A stretch of DNA of 64,000 nucleotides from an uncultured bacterium (GTDB lineage Bacteria > Verrucomicrobiota > Verrucomicrobiia > Limisphaerales > UBA8199): positions 352,001-416,000 of the forward strand of contig CAVVMW010000005.1 in the NCBI GenBank assembly GCA_963749495.1, written 5' to 3'. The first letter of the stretch is position 1, and every line of letters starts with the position of its first letter. The notes under the pieces were generated by a model that worked only from the letters and a program-made list of their open reading frames with translations, did no database searches and had not been told where the DNA came from. This document shows, one piece after another, positions 62,385 to 64,000 of the stretch. The position numbers were made by a program, and so were the translations under genes.

Positions 62385-63571
62385 TCAGGCGCCCAGCGCC
62401 CCGCGCACCGCGCCGGCCACGTCCTGCGCATCCTCATCGGCCAGCCGGGCCGAGAGGGGCAGGCTGACGGTTTGCCTGCCAACCTGCATGGCGCGCGGGT
62501 AATCTTCGGCCTTCCAGCCAAAGCTCGCCTGGTAATAGGGGTGCTCCGGGATGCTCAGGTAATGGACCCCAACGCCGATCCCCCGCGCAGTCATGGCGTC
62601 CAGAAAGGCGTCGCGGTCGATCCCGGTCCGCGCCTGGTCCACCAGGATGGTGTAGAGGTGATGGGCATGCCGGCTGCCGGCCTCCGGCGCCGCCGGCAGG
62701 GTAATTGGCAGGGGGGCCAACTCCCGGTTGTAGTAATCCCAGATCTCCCGGCGCCGTGCCCAGCAGGCCTCCACCCGCGCCAGTTGGTGAATCCCGATGG
62801 CCGCCTGCAGGTCCATCATGTTGTATTTGAAACCGCATTCCACGACCTGATAGTGCTTGTAGCCCCGGTCTCCAAAGCGTTTCCAGGCGTCCTTGCTCAT
62901 CCCGTGCAGCGCCAGCACCTTGCACCGCGCCGCCTCCCGCTCCGAACGGGCCAGGATCATCCCGCCTTCGCCAGTCACGACGTTCTTGGTGACGTAGAAG
63001 CTGAAACAGCCAAAGTCGCCGAAGGTGCCCGTCGGCTGGCCCTGCCAGGTTGTTTCAATGGCGTGGGCGCAATCCTCGATGAGGATCAGCCCGTGCTTGC
63101 GCGCCAGCTCGCAGAGCGCGCCCATGTCGCAGGCGCGCCCCGCGAAATGGACCGGGACAATCGCCCGCGTGCGCGGCGTGATGCGGCGCTCGACCTCGCC
63201 CGGGTCGATGTTCATCGTGCTGCCATCGATGTCCGCCAGCACAGGCTTGAGGCCGGCGTGAATGATGGCGTTGACCGTCGCGCAAAAGGTCAGGGCCGTC
63301 GTAATCACCTCGTCCCCCGGCCTCAACCCGGCCGCTGTCATGCTCACGTGCAAGGCGGCCGTGCAGGAGTTGACCGCCACGGGATGACCCCAGCCGCCCT
63401 TGTAAGCGTGGAAGGCCTGCTCGAACCGCGCGACCCGGGGCCCGTCCCGAGCCAGCCGCTCTTCATGCACTGCACCAACTCCTCGATCTCGGCCTCCTCG
63501 ATCCGAGGCGCGCCGAACACAAGGAAACCCTTCCCGGCGCGCCGGCCTTTCTGTTGCTGTGGCTCGTTCAT
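62385..63571 (-). CDS. DegT/DnrJ/EryC1/StrS aminotransferase (frameshift near 63445)
   Basis: SGWLGTGP in the upstream frame, NSCTAALH, EDCAHA, FSFYVTKN, GEGG, GVGVHY, SLP. Confidence 0.9.
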
Positions 63572-63589
63572 AAGAAGGCGCTACGATCT

Positions 63590-63750
63590 TGAGATCGCGC
63601 ATGGCGACCTTGAACCTGAAGGGCGTCGCCTGCCGCGAAGCGTTTTGGACTGCGCCAGCCCTCTGGCGCTTTCGCCTTCCCAGGGTCCAAAAAGCGGCAG
63701 AGGACTGCCGCAGTCCAAAACTTTGCGGGCTTGGCGACAGTTCATGGAGA
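63590..63750. repeat. REP doublet (18477 family)
   Basis: GCGTTTTGGACTGCGCCAGCCCTCTGGCGCTTT and AAAGCGGCAGAGGACTGCCGCAGTCCAAAAC. Confidence 0.85.
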
Positions 63751-64000
63751 GGTATGGCCTTGCCCGTCAACCCGCGCGGCCTTTAACGCGGCGACAATGC
63801 GGTCCTGGTCGGGTTCACTGAGGAACGGGTGCATCGGCAGGCTCAAGACCTCGCGGGAGGCCCTTTCCGAGACTGGAAAATCGCCCCATTGGCACCCGCA
63901 CGCGGAGAAGACCGGCTGCTCGTGCAGGCATTTCGGGTAATAGACGGCCGTGGGGATGCCCTGCTCCTTCAATTGGGCTGCCACCGCCTCGCGGTTGGGG
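63742..64000 (-). CDS. DegT-family aminotransferase, C-terminal part (5' end outside window)
   Basis: GIPTAVYYP..LH.QP, FPVSE..SREVLSLPMHP. Confidence 0.88.
   Translation of the reverse strand, partial: PNREAVAAQLKEQGIPTAVYYPKCLHEQPVFSACGCQWGDFPVSERASREVLSLPMHPFLSEPDQDRIVAALKAARVDGQGHTSP

Noticed and set aside
30719..63571. Single-base frameshifts as programmed recoding or phase variation of the glycan cluster
   Set aside because: They fall in short runs without a shared slippery or long-repeat motif and occur throughout the window. Long-read indel error is the simpler explanation until reads are checked.

Overview
GC-rich bacterial window. Gene families and repeat types suggest Verrucomicrobiota (Pedosphaerales/Limisphaerales-like); this is an inference. 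About 1-29.5 kb is an accessory patchwork: several toxin-antitoxin modules (partly decayed), secreted glycoside hydrolases (GH5-like, GH99-like, GH50-like remnant, GH29), DUF3160 and DUF1080 proteins, an mtlD-like dehydrogenase next to a divergent RuBisCO-like protein (form IV), an orphan FGE-sulfatase C-terminus resembling a DGR variable region, several REP/BIME-like palindrome families and a REPtron-like remnant. Two complete IS elements have readable ends and 8-bp target duplications: an ISL3 in the 3' end of a fucosidase, and an IS66 carrying a DUF4338/DruA-like gene instead of tnpA/tnpB. About 29.7-64 kb is a minus-strand surface-polysaccharide cluster (DegT aminotransferases, wecB, wzx, wzy/ligase-like genes, many GT2/GT4 plus GT9 and GT11, methyl- and acyltransferases, hddA and an hddC-gmhB fusion, epimerases, a WcaJ-type initiating transferase) with decayed internal duplications. 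Many genes have single-base frameshifts (probably partly sequencing error) or large deletions. No rRNA, tRNA or CRISPR array was seen. All family calls are from motif recognition, not database searches.
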